From positions 96,001 through 160,000 of IMG/VR virus record IMGVR_UViG_3300021963_009993: a stretch of DNA of 64,000 nt. One strand, given 5' to 3'. Positions 55,439 to 64,000 of this stretch are shown here, piece after piece (position 1 is the stretch's first letter; each line of letters opens with the position of its first letter). This DNA comes from a virus. The translations under genes were made by a program, and so were the position numbers. The notes beneath the pieces were generated by a model. The model did no database searches, had not been told where the DNA came from, and worked only from the letters and a program-made list of their open reading frames with translations.

Positions 55439-56518
55439 ATGAGTGAAAATAACGATTTATTCCATCTTCTTCCTTATACACAAGAAGATCTTTTAGTTGG
55501 TCAAAATGCCATGCAAACTATGGGATGGCATATAACAGCCTTTAATTTGCCAGAAGTATGGAAAATAACTCAAGGTGAGAATGTCACAGTTGCAATTATT
55601 GATACTGGATGTGATTTAACTCATCCAGACTTGGTAAGCAATTTAGTGGAAGGCAAGAACTTTGTTGAACCAAATATGCCACCTGAAGATTCTTCAAATC
55701 ATGGCACACATATAGCTGGTATTTTAGCAGCAAACAACGATGATTTTGGTGTTGTTGGAGTCTCTCCTAAAACCAAAATTATGCCATTAAAAGTTTTGAA
55801 TTCGTATGGAATAGGTACACCCGATGCTATAGCCGAAGCGATACATTACGCTGTTGATAATGGTGCAGATTTGATTTCAATGTCTTTGGGTGCAAGAAAC
55901 CCAATTCAAAAAGTATATGATGCGATTGTTTATGCTAATTCAAAAAAAGTTACCTGCTTTGTTGCTGCTGGAAATGCTGGTTCAAGCAAACAACTTTTGT
56001 ATCCAGCTGCATATTCGGAATGTATATCAATTGGTGCTGTGGATGAGAATTCCATGAGAGCGGATTTCAGTTGTACTGGCCCTAATTTGGATTTTGTTGC
56101 ACCGGGAGTAAAAATATTCAGTTGTATTCCAAAATCAAGTTATGGATTTTTAAGTGGAACAAGTATGTCTTGTCCTTTTGCTTTGGGAGTTGCAGCTTTA
56201 GTTTTAAGCCAGAAAAGACAAGAAGATCCCAACATTAGATTAGGAATAGATGATTTTAGATCAATACTAAAACAAAATACATTATCCATAAAAAATCTAG
56301 ATAGTAATTTAGACAAACAAGGTTCTAGATTCTGGCAAGGCATGGGAATAATCAATCCAAATGAATTTCAAGAATGGGTGGAATATAGAACAGTAGATAC
56401 TATAAAAAAAGACTTACTTTCCATAAGTGATAGAATAACATTGGTCAAAAATAAATATCTTTTAAAAGATCTAAACAAGTTTGTTCAACTAATAGCCTCA
56501 AAAATAGTCGTTAATTAA
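55439..56518 (+). CDS. Subtilisin-like (S8) serine protease
   Basis: IIDTGCD (Asp), HGTHIAG (His), AAGN oxyanion, SGTSMSCP (Ser). Confidence 0.93.
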   Translation: MSENNDLFHLLPYTQEDLLVGQNAMQTMGWHITAFNLPEVWKITQGENVTVAIIDTGCDLTHPDLVSNLVEGKNFVEPNMPPEDSSNHGTHIAGILAANNDDFGVVGVSPKTKIMPLKVLNSYGIGTPDAIAEAIHYAVDNGADLISMSLGARNPIQKVYDAIVYANSKKVTCFVAAGNAGSSKQLLYPAAYSECISIGAVDENSMRADFSCTGPNLDFVAPGVKIFSCIPKSSYGFLSGTSMSCPFALGVAALVLSQKRQEDPNIRLGIDDFRSILKQNTLSIKNLDSNLDKQGSRFWQGMGIINPNEFQEWVEYRTVDTIKKDLLSISDRITLVKNKYLLKDLNKFVQLIASKIVVN

Positions 56519-56917
56519 AAATTTGATTTTTTTCAAATCACTCTTTTCATCTGTATCTTTTTCAATTTCCTTATCAATTACATGATTAAGAAATTTTTGT
56601 AACAATGGAGATTCTACTGTAGGTCTTTTTCCTGTATGTTTTTCGGAATCTGCTTGAACTTTTTTAATTATCTTTTTAATTTTTTCACCGAAGAATAGGT
56701 AACAGAAATCGCATCCCATTCTTTCAGTTTTTGTCAAATCAGCTACTGATGAGTTACAGCAAGGGCAAAATTCTTGATCATTGTTAATCATGATATGTTT
56801 TTTGACTACAGGGCATTTTTTGCATAGCCATTTGATTGATGAATCCTCTGAATTCATTAGATAAACTGGAATTGTTTTCTTTTCTTGGCAATTATCACCA
56901 TAAGGACATCCATTCAT
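56498..56917 (-). CDS. McsA-like protein (arginine-kinase activator family), lacking the UVR tail
   Basis: Multiple CxxC and CPCC.......TERMGCDFCY..F...I...Q....HTGKRP, matching the McsA core. Confidence 0.7.
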   Translation of the reverse strand: MNGCPYGDNCQEKKTIPVYLMNSEDSSIKWLCKKCPVVKKHIMINNDQEFCPCCNSSVADLTKTERMGCDFCYLFFGEKIKKIIKKVQADSEKHTGKRPTVESPLLQKFLNHVIDKEIEKDTDEKSDLKKIKFLINDYF

Positions 56918-57378
56918 TTTATTTTCTCCAAAAAATTTTTATCTAATGGGTGAATTTCTTTTTCCCTATTATAAATATTATTTTTTATTTCATCAATATT
57001 AGTTTGTGTTTTTTTCTTCAATTCCTCTAATGTTTTTTTTTCATCTGCGTTCAAATCAACATTTAATTTGAATATAGAATCACAGGATTGCCTCAAGTTC
57101 AACAAAAATATTAATCTAATTACTGACTGTTTGTTTTTCGATAATTTTTCAAAAAAATCTTTTGTTTTATTTTTGTAATCAATATTTTTATAAAAATCTT
57201 CAACAAAATACTTTTGTTTTTCATAGTTGAATTGATCGAATCTATTTTGTGTAATTACTGTTTCTTTGTTTATTTCTTCTTCAATGATAGGTTTGCTTTT
57301 ATTGATCCAGAAAAAAAGAATTAGTCCCATGAAGGTTAATGGAAATAATAATCCAAATATTTTTTTCAAATTACACAA
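56914..57378 (-). CDS. Membrane-anchored hypothetical protein
   Basis: N-terminal TM IFGLLFPLTFMGLILFFWI. Confidence 0.5.
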   Translation of the reverse strand: MCNLKKIFGLLFPLTFMGLILFFWINKSKPIIEEEINKETVITQNRFDQFNYEKQKYFVEDFYKNIDYKNKTKDFFEKLSKNKQSVIRLIFLLNLRQSCDSIFKLNVDLNADEKKTLEELKKKTQTNIDEIKNNIYNREKEIHPLDKNFLEKIK

Positions 57379-58207
57379 GTCCTTTTATTTTCAAAGTTGC
57401 ACCAGAAAGAGAAGAAGGATCAGATTTTGCTGGAATAACTCTTCTAATCCAAAATGGAAATCCAAAGTCTTCCCTCAAGTATCCTATCTTTAAGGTATCA
57501 TCTTGTGATGTCACAAAAAAACTAACACCACTAGGAATTTGATTGGCAGCTGTAATTTTAGGGGCTGTAGTATTTATTGGACCTCCATCCACATCAGAAA
57601 CTATGTTTATAGTTGGAGTTCCACCGGCTTGCAAAACAAGGTTATTTTGTGCTACACCCAATAGTTCTTGGGCTCTGTTGCTAACCTGACTGATTGTGTT
57701 TACATTACCAAATATTACTTTATATGATAATAAAGATGGGCTATAACTGTATGAAACTTCTATTCCTTGATATCCAACCAAACTATTCAATGCTTCTTTA
57801 ATGTTATTGCCAAATGTTACTGGATTTATATCAAAAAGTATTACAGGTGTATTTAAACCACCAATTGTCAAAATAAAGTTACCGCCAACTACAGTTTGAG
57901 TGATGTTTATTGTTTGAACAGCTGCCTGTCTGAATACACCAAGAGACAATTCTGCTGGGTTGTCTAGTTGTTTCTCCAGATAAATTTCAACATTATATAT
58001 GTTTTCTGAATCATTGAACAGGTACAAGCATCTGTAATCTGTATATCCAGTCAAAGCTCTTTCGGGAGTTGTGTTATCAAAAACATTAGATAATCCTTCT
58101 GGGACTTCTGTTCCTGAAGGTTGCCCACCAAGACTTGCGTTTGGATCTGTATTTGTTGTACCACCGGAATAAACCAGAGATAAATCATTAGCTGTTATTT
58201 GTGGCAT
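57371..58207 (-). CDS. Putative virion structural protein
   Basis: YSGG..NTDPNASLGG...N.FD.......G.TDYRCLYLFN...FWIRR family pattern; start refined to MPQIT after AATAAATA. Confidence 0.55.
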   Translation of the reverse strand: MPQITANDLSLVYSGGTTNTDPNASLGGQPSGTEVPEGLSNVFDNTTPERALTGYTDYRCLYLFNDSENIYNVEIYLEKQLDNPAELSLGVFRQAAVQTINITQTVVGGNFILTIGGLNTPVILFDINPVTFGNNIKEALNSLVGYQGIEVSYSYSPSLLSYKVIFGNVNTISQVSNRAQELLGVAQNNLVLQAGGTPTINIVSDVDGGPINTTAPKITAANQIPSGVSFFVTSQDDTLKIGYLREDFGFPFWIRRVIPAKSDPSSLSGATLKIKGLV

Positions 58208-58309
58208 AGTTATATTATATTTATTAATTACCAATAATTTCAAAAATTTGTTTTTAAAATAAATTAGATATAAAATATTTAATACGCTTTATTTTAACTA
58301 GGAGTTTTT

Positions 58310-59239
58310 ATGAAAATAGGTGCAGACCCAGAGTTTTTCATAGTTGACTCTTATAAAAAGATAATAAATGCCGCTAAGGTTGTAAAGAATACTAATTCAA
58401 AACCTTTGTCAAAAGCAGATTTAAAAATTTATCATGACAATGTTTTAGTTGAATTTAGTTTTGATCCAGTTTTCAGCGAAATTGATTTTGTTAATAAAAT
58501 CGGATTTGGTATTAATTCTATTTCAGATTTTATTAATCCCTACAAAATTTCCACACAAGCTTTTGCTGAACTTGATGAAGATGAATTAACACAAGAAAAC
58601 GCAAGGGTGGTAGGATGCAATCCAGATTTGTGCGCTTATACATTAGCGCAAAATGAATTGCCAAAAAATTTCTTCACTAAGACAAATTTTAGAACTTCTG
58701 GCGGTCATATTCATATTGGTGGTGTTGGAAATGATCTAGTCCTTCATCCTTTCATGAAACCTATTTTTGTATACATGCTTGACTTGTTCTTGGGCATACC
58801 AAGTGTTCTGATGGATAATGGTACTGATACCATGAAGCGTCGAACTATGTTTGGGAAAGCTGGTTGTCATAGAGACAAACCTTATGGCATAGAATACAGG
58901 GTTTTGTCGCCTTTTTGGCTTAGAAATCCAGCAACTGTTTCTTTAGTTTACAGGTTGACTCATTTTGTTTTCCAAAGTGTTAATGATGGTCTTCACAAAA
59001 AGTTCTGGCATTTTGAGCAAGAAAAACTTAAGACAAACAATCCACAAAATGCTTATGAATGTTATGGATATGATGCAAATGAAGTCAGAAACGCAATAGA
59101 TGAATGTGATGCAAATAAGGCTATGAAGATATTCAATTTCATATGTAATTTTATGCCAAATCAACTAATAAAAATGATAGAAAATGAAATGAAGATATCT
59201 GATTACAAGATTGAAAAAAAATGGCTTAGGATTGCCTAA
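58310..59239 (+). CDS. phiEco32-like COOH-NH2 ligase type 2
   Basis: MKIGADPEFF, DNVLVEF, GCNPD, RTSGGHIHIG, GCHRDKPYGIEYRVLSPFW. Confidence 0.85.
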   Translation: MKIGADPEFFIVDSYKKIINAAKVVKNTNSKPLSKADLKIYHDNVLVEFSFDPVFSEIDFVNKIGFGINSISDFINPYKISTQAFAELDEDELTQENARVVGCNPDLCAYTLAQNELPKNFFTKTNFRTSGGHIHIGGVGNDLVLHPFMKPIFVYMLDLFLGIPSVLMDNGTDTMKRRTMFGKAGCHRDKPYGIEYRVLSPFWLRNPATVSLVYRLTHFVFQSVNDGLHKKFWHFEQEKLKTNNPQNAYECYGYDANEVRNAIDECDANKAMKIFNFICNFMPNQLIKMIENEMKISDYKIEKKWLRIA

Positions 59240-59918
59240 TTTTTCTGACTTCTTGTCTAATATCAAAAGTTCGGCATTTATTGCATGACCAAGGCAGATT
59301 GATTTTTGCCATAACAGCCAGTTCTAGGTCTAATCTTTTTTTGTGTAAAAATATTTCTTTATTGCAGCAACAACATCTTGTAACTGTGTGTCCCTTTTTA
59401 ATTAATGGTTTGTTTTTCTTGATTTTTGACAAAAAACTTAAAATTTTTGTTTGGAATTCTTTTGGAAGAACAGGTATGTCTCTTACATGGAATATTTCAG
59501 TAAGCCAATAATATTCAGTTCCATCACTATGTTTGCTGGGTGGCAAAACTGACTGGTGTTTTTTTGCACGATATTCTATCCCATCTCTTACAATTCTTGT
59601 GAAATCTAGACCCGGATTTAAAAAGAGATGATGTTGTGACTTAGATGATTGAAAGACAGGATGATATATGTCTTTTAAATTTTCGTTTAGGAAGTTGTTG
59701 GATTCTACACAATCACCCTCAATGTCAATAATATCTCCAAGTAATAGGCCAAAATTCAAAGGTTGGTTGTTATGTCTTATAAATGTGCTGACTTGTTCTA
59801 AGTCATAATTGTACCAGTTTGAAAAGATTGGTTGCTTCCCTTTGTGAAGCAAAGGAATTATTTTGTAGCCAAGATTGGCATAGAACTCAAAAAAATACAT
59901 GTTTGTTTTAAATTTCAT
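59226..59918 (-). CDS. Bifunctional primase/polymerase N-terminal (Prim-Pol)-like protein with C-terminal Zn finger
   Basis: IIPL..KGKQP..W, NFGLLLG.IIDIE, QHHLF, VLPPSKH..G..Y.W; CCCC...CNKC. Confidence 0.7.
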   Translation of the reverse strand: MKFKTNMYFFEFYANLGYKIIPLLHKGKQPIFSNWYNYDLEQVSTFIRHNNQPLNFGLLLGDIIDIEGDCVESNNFLNENLKDIYHPVFQSSKSQHHLFLNPGLDFTRIVRDGIEYRAKKHQSVLPPSKHSDGTEYYWLTEIFHVRDIPVLPKEFQTKILSFLSKIKKNKPLIKKGHTVTRCCCCNKEIFLHKKRLDLELAVMAKINLPWSCNKCRTFDIRQEVRKIRQS

Positions 59919-59937
59919 TGCCTCAATTTAAAAGAAA

Positions 59938-59969
59938 AAGGGCAGAAAAGCAAATGCTTTTCTGCCCTT
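59938..59969. terminator. Intrinsic terminator
   Basis: AAGGGCAGAAAAGCA / TGCTTTTCTGCCCTT inverted repeat with an A-run on the plus strand (U-tail on minus). Confidence 0.8.
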
Positions 59970-59991
59970 AAGATTTGAAGTTATTTTAAAC

Positions 59992-60918
59992 TTATTTCTT
60001 GCCTTGTGTGTAATCACTAACAACTTGCTTGAACAAATCTTTTAGATTTTGCTTGGTCATAGTTGTGTTGTATTTTAAGATATGATCAATTAATTCGTTT
60101 AGCAAAGCTTTTACTTTGGTTTTGCTGATGTTTTTAACATCATTTTCCTTGAGAACATTTTCAAAACGACTAACAGCTTGTCCTGCCTTTCCTGATACCA
60201 TAGGCTTTTTTTCATCTTTCATTTCAGGCATGACTTTTTTGTCTTCGCTTATAATTTTGCCGTTGGGAGCCATGTGGCCAATCATGGAATTAACGCTTTC
60301 CCACCATGCCTTCTCAGATAACATAGCCCCTTTTGTTTTCTTTGATTCTTCAACATCCATATCAAATTCCATATCCATTACTTCATCATCGCCCATCTCA
60401 TCATCGTCTTCGCCATCGCTCATGCCATATTCGGCATCTTCGATTTCTTCATCATCCATATCATCTTTTTCATCATCCATATCATCATCTTCTTCGTCAT
60501 CTTCTTCATCATCCATATCTTCTTCGTCATCCATCATTTCATCATCCATATCCTCTTCGTCATCCATCATTTCATCGTCCATATCCTCTTCATCGTCCAT
60601 CATTTCATCATCCATATCCTCTTCATCATCCATCATTTCATCGTCCATATCTTCTTCGTCGTCCATCATTTCATCATCTACATGGTGATGGTGATGGTGA
60701 TGGTGTTTGTGGTGATGATGATCATCATCTTCTGATTCATATTCCATGTCTTCGTCTTCGTCTTCGTCTGATTCGTCTTCCATGTCTTCGTCTTCTGCTA
60801 ACACTTCTGGCTGAGAAAATTGGGCACCTGTAATACCAAGTGATTTGGGAGATGAAATTCCCAAAGTTGTAGGACCAAGTGTCTCATTTAGCTTTTTCCA
60901 CTTCTCGTAATTCAACAT
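59992..60918 (-). CDS. Acidic Met/His-rich repeat protein with capsid-targeting-like N-terminus
   Basis: MLNYEKWKKLNE; HHHHKHHHHHHHH tract; (DDEMMDDEEDM)x5; AAGGAG RBS. Confidence 0.7.
   Translation of the reverse strand: MLNYEKWKKLNETLGPTTLGISSPKSLGITGAQFSQPEVLAEDEDMEDESDEDEDEDMEYESEDDDHHHHKHHHHHHHHVDDEMMDDEEDMDDEMMDDEEDMDDEMMDDEEDMDDEMMDDEEDMDDEMMDDEEDMDDEEDDEEDDDMDDEKDDMDDEEIEDAEYGMSDGEDDDEMGDDEVMDMEFDMDVEESKKTKGAMLSEKAWWESVNSMIGHMAPNGKIISEDKKVMPEMKDEKKPMVSGKAGQAVSRFENVLKENDVKNISKTKVKALLNELIDHILKYNTTMTKQNLKDLFKQVVSDYTQGKK
60517..60680 (-). repeat. 33-bp coding tandem repeat (DDEMMDDEEDM), about 5 copies
   Basis: Recurring TCCATCATTTCATC.TCCATATC.TCTTC.TC with synonymous variation. Confidence 0.8.
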
Positions 60919-60993
60919 TTTTATCTCCTTGATATTTTGCCCAAATATGGATATATCTAAAGTATCTACTATTTATGCACAAACAGATGATTT

Positions 60994-61254
60994 TTATACT
61001 TTACCAAGTGCATTTTTAACTGCTTCTCGTCTTAATCGTTCAATTCTAAGTCTTTCAGGATTCATCACCTTGTTCTCTATAGCTTGTGGTGAAAGATTTA
61101 ATGCTTGTATTCTATTATTATTGGATGTAATAGTAGATTCGACTCTAGCTGTTGAAGCAGGTGTTTGTACTGGTACAACAGGTCGTTGAGCAAATGGAAT
61201 TTGAGGAGGATTCCTACTTAAATCCGGTGTTCTATTTCTGCATCCGCATCCCAT
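60994..61254 (-). CDS. Small basic hypothetical protein (MGCGC start)
   Basis: AAGGAGG RBS; CATAAATA upstream on the minus strand. Confidence 0.6.
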   Translation of the reverse strand: MGCGCRNRTPDLSRNPPQIPFAQRPVVPVQTPASTARVESTITSNNNRIQALNLSPQAIENKVMNPERLRIERLRREAVKNALGKV

Positions 61255-61286
61255 AAAAACCTCCTTATAAAGGTTATAATATATTT

Positions 61287-62753
61287 ATGAATATAGACAG
61301 CAATTTGATAAAAGATTTAATTTCGCAAACAATAAAGAAGACATATCAATACTTTTCAATAGGGAATTACATAGATGCAGAGATTCTATTGGAACAGGCT
61401 CTGAAAATTGATTATTCATTGGAAATCAGACAGCTTTTGACTGTATGTAAAATGAATTTGAAAAAGTATGATGAAGCCAAAGTTATATGCTTGGAAACTG
61501 TTAAAGAGTCTAATTCAGCAGAAGATTACAACAATCTTGGTTTAATAGAAAAGCTACAAGGAAATTGCAGAAAAGCTCTTGTTTTTTACAAGAAGGCTAT
61601 GAGTATAAATTCAAATAAACCATCAATATTAGCTAATTATGCATCTTTTTTATATGAAAAAAAGAAAACAAAAAAGGCACATGAACTTATTGATAAGGCA
61701 ATAGAATTAAGTCCAAAACACGAGGTTTTTAAACTGAACAAAACAAGCATGTACATGGCTTTATGCAAGTATAAAATGGCATCTGTTTACTTACAGAGCA
61801 TTATGGGAGAAATAGATAAAAACAGTTATTTAAATGTGGAATATTTTTATTGTATGGCTGCACAAGGAAAATATTCACAAGCGTGGAATCATTTTGAAGC
61901 AAGATATTCATCCGTACAACCTATCAAGAAAACACTAGAAAGATATAAAAAACCATTATTGAAAGAAAAGAAAAATTTTTACGAAGAAAAAATATGCATA
62001 GTACAGGAACAAGGTGCTGGCGATAATATGATGTTTTTAAGATTTATACCAGAATTTTTGAAAATAGCTCCAAATTCTTATTTTGAAAGCGGAAGACTTT
62101 TTGGAAGTTATTGTGACAAAATAGGAATTAATCACCAAGAAACAATTAGTGAAGATGCGACACATATAATAGGATTGATGAGTTTGCCTTATTTGCTTGA
62201 TGTCAAAAAAGCATCAATCCCTCTTAATCCATTTGCTTATGAAAAAAAATCAAATGATAAAATAAAAATAGGTCTATGTTGGGCTGGATCACCTTTGCAT
62301 CCTATGGACTACCAAAGAAGCACTTTTTTAAGATCTTATGACGAACTGCTTAAAAATGACAAGTTTGAAATTTACAGTTTTCAAAAAGACAGAAGGCCAA
62401 GAAAATACATAAACAACGATAAAATATATGATTTTTCTGACGGTTTTGATGAATACAGATTGACTGATCTTTCAGAAAAGCTTGTTGATGTTTATTCAAC
62501 TGCGAGACTGATGTTAGACATGGATTATATGGTTAGTGTTGACACATTTCCAGCACACATTGCTGCAACATGTGGAATTCCAACCATGTTGATTTTAAGT
62601 GATAAGCCAGATTGGAGATGGGGATTTAGAAAAAAAAAGACAGAGTGGTATCCAAGCATTGAAATTTTTAGATGTCACAAGAATACAAAGCTTGAAAATA
62701 TAGTTTCGCAAATCGCTGATAAAATAGAAAAAGGGTGCCAGAATAATTTCTGA
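61287..62753 (+). CDS. TPR-repeat protein with C-terminal GT9-like domain
   Basis: TPRs (AEDYNNLG, ILANYA), EQGAGDNMMFLRF, KIGLCWAGS, VDTFPAHIA...DWRWG. Confidence 0.85.
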   Translation: MNIDSNLIKDLISQTIKKTYQYFSIGNYIDAEILLEQALKIDYSLEIRQLLTVCKMNLKKYDEAKVICLETVKESNSAEDYNNLGLIEKLQGNCRKALVFYKKAMSINSNKPSILANYASFLYEKKKTKKAHELIDKAIELSPKHEVFKLNKTSMYMALCKYKMASVYLQSIMGEIDKNSYLNVEYFYCMAAQGKYSQAWNHFEARYSSVQPIKKTLERYKKPLLKEKKNFYEEKICIVQEQGAGDNMMFLRFIPEFLKIAPNSYFESGRLFGSYCDKIGINHQETISEDATHIIGLMSLPYLLDVKKASIPLNPFAYEKKSNDKIKIGLCWAGSPLHPMDYQRSTFLRSYDELLKNDKFEIYSFQKDRRPRKYINNDKIYDFSDGFDEYRLTDLSEKLVDVYSTARLMLDMDYMVSVDTFPAHIAATCGIPTMLILSDKPDWRWGFRKKKTEWYPSIEIFRCHKNTKLENIVSQIADKIEKGCQNNF

Positions 62754-62778
62754 CACCCTTTCAATTAATTTCAATAGA

Positions 62779-63063
62779 TCAATTCGCAGCAACGCTCTTG
62801 GTTGCACGGGTAGTCTTTGCAGTTGGTACTGGAGCAACTTCAGCTGTGTAACCCAGAGCCAATGCCCTGCGCTTGCAAGCCTTGAGTGCAGCAGAGCGGG
62901 TGGGGAAATAAATGCCACCTTCTGCATGAAGAACAGCAGTAGTCCTGAAACCGGGAATGGTTGCATTTGCTTGGTAAACCGTGTTTCCATCAACGGTTCT
63001 TTCGTTGATAGTAAAACGGATAGCTCTTTCAGTAATCGTCGTTCTAGCGGTAGAATTGCTCAT
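62779..63063 (-). CDS. Small basic hypothetical protein
   Basis: Start refined to MSNSTART after GGAG; C-ending codon style. Confidence 0.6.
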   Translation of the reverse strand: MSNSTARTTITERAIRFTINERTVDGNTVYQANATIPGFRTTAVLHAEGGIYFPTRSAALKACKRRALALGYTAEVAPVPTAKTTRATKSVAAN

Positions 63064-63104
63064 GTTTAAACTCCAATACACAGCGTGACTTTGCACACAT
63101 TTAC

Positions 63105-63131
63105 AAAAAAAAGGCGAAATACGAATCGCCT
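63105..63131 (-). terminator. Putative intrinsic terminator
   Basis: AGGCGA / TCGCCT stem preceded on the plus strand by an A8 run. Confidence 0.5.
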
Positions 63132-63143
63132 ACATTTAAAATT

Positions 63144-63758
63144 CTATTCATTTACACGAAAGAAATTCAAGCTATCTGTAAAAATTTTTTCGATGTTCTT
63201 TCTATTCAGCGATAAAAAGTTTATTTTTTGAATGTTCATTGGAGAACTCAAAACTATTGTGGGTGGCTTAAAGTTTCTTTCTTGATAGAAATTTTGAACT
63301 TTTTGAGTCAAATAAAGCTTGGAATGTTCTATTACAAGTGAATTAAATGTTAAATTTTCCAAGGTTCTTTCGACTATCTTATTTAAAGTGTCACAAGTAT
63401 CTTCTATTTTTTTATTTTCAAATTCTACATCCACATACCAATTCATATTAAAAAAATCATAACTAAATGATGGGTTGAGATTTGATTGTTGAAATGAGTT
63501 TTCTTCTATTTTGCAAAATTGATGTTTAGACAAATGAGAATCTTTTCTCATGGCTATTTCACAATAAAAATTCTTAAATGTGAATAAAAAAGCATCTTCG
63601 GGTCTGATGTAATTAAAATATTTTTTGCAAAAAATACAACAGTCTGACAAGTACATATCTTTAGACAAAACATGGCAGAATTTGCAACGATTTATGAATC
63701 TTAAATCGTCTAATTTTGTTTCTGTTTTTTCAAGCAGTATTTCGTTATACATTATCAA
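63144..63758 (-). CDS. Hypothetical protein with N-terminal CxxC pairs
   Basis: CKFC...CIFC. Confidence 0.5.
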   Translation of the reverse strand: MIMYNEILLEKTETKLDDLRFINRCKFCHVLSKDMYLSDCCIFCKKYFNYIRPEDAFLFTFKNFYCEIAMRKDSHLSKHQFCKIEENSFQQSNLNPSFSYDFFNMNWYVDVEFENKKIEDTCDTLNKIVERTLENLTFNSLVIEHSKLYLTQKVQNFYQERNFKPPTIVLSSPMNIQKINFLSLNRKNIEKIFTDSLNFFRVNE

Positions 63759-63828
63759 AAATAATTTAAAGATGAACTATATATAATTGTAGCATTTTTG
63801 TATGCATATTCCAATTGTGAGGATTTAA

Positions 63829-64000
63829 ATGAAATCATTTAAACAATGGGCTGAAAACAAGAACCTTGAACTTCCCGCTCTAAATGAAAAAACAGCCAGA
63901 GCAGGTATCGCACATTGGGCTTATCCAGATGGTTATATTCGTAGCCATTATCCCGGCAGCTATTTTATGCCTATAGCAGCCGATGCCCTTCAGAAGATGG
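63829..64000 (+). CDS. 5' part of a gene with capsid-targeting-like N-terminus (runs off the window)
   Basis: GAGGA RBS; MKSFKQWAENKNLELPALNE...; open to the window end. Confidence 0.65.
   Translation, partial: MKSFKQWAENKNLELPALNEKTARAGIAHWAYPDGYIRSHYPGSYFMPIAADALQKM

Noticed and set aside
60116-60833. Ser/Ile-rich and His/Pro-rich plus-strand ORFs
   Set aside because: They are antisense shadows of the acidic repeat gene.
1-64000. CRISPR array or cas operon
   Set aside because: No repeat-spacer pattern was seen in any intergenic gap. The Cas4-like gene at 19126 stands alone, and all tandem repeats are in-frame coding repeats.
1-64000. Alternative genetic code (TGA or TAG recoding)
   Set aside because: Long genes are uninterrupted in code 11, and TGA and TAG end many genes with ATGA-type coupling. 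Only one in-frame TGA (41884) was found.

Overview
An AT-rich, gene-dense 64 kb segment of a large T4-like (Caudoviricetes) dsDNA phage genome, with genes switching strand often across very short intergenic gaps. The T4-type head module is unambiguous: large terminase (25200-26999), gp20 portal carrying a 231-aa intein, gp21 prohead protease, gp22-like scaffold and gp23 major capsid (28643-36474). The left end encodes putative tail/baseplate proteins, including three paralogous PKD-domain proteins, one a 1329-aa mucin-like Thr/Pro/Cys-rich protein. Also present: a DnaG-type primase, a Cas4/AddB-like nuclease, a Prim-Pol protein, three free-standing homing-endonuclease-like genes and one tRNA-Gly(TCC). 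The accessory set includes a volactin-like actin ATPase, a MotA/ExbB-type three-gene membrane cassette, five non-head proteases from five families (M4/M36, C39, C1, S1, S8), several glycosyltransferase-like genes, UDP-galactopyranose mutase, a TylF methyltransferase, ferritin-like, McsA-like and DUF6428 proteins, a zinc deaminase and a phiEco32-type COOH-NH2 ligase. About 11 ORFs start with a T4 capsid-targeting-like motif. Several domains resemble Planctomycetota proteins, so a PVC host is inferred but not shown. No CRISPR array, rRNA or integrase was seen. All family calls come from reading motifs by eye, without database searches.
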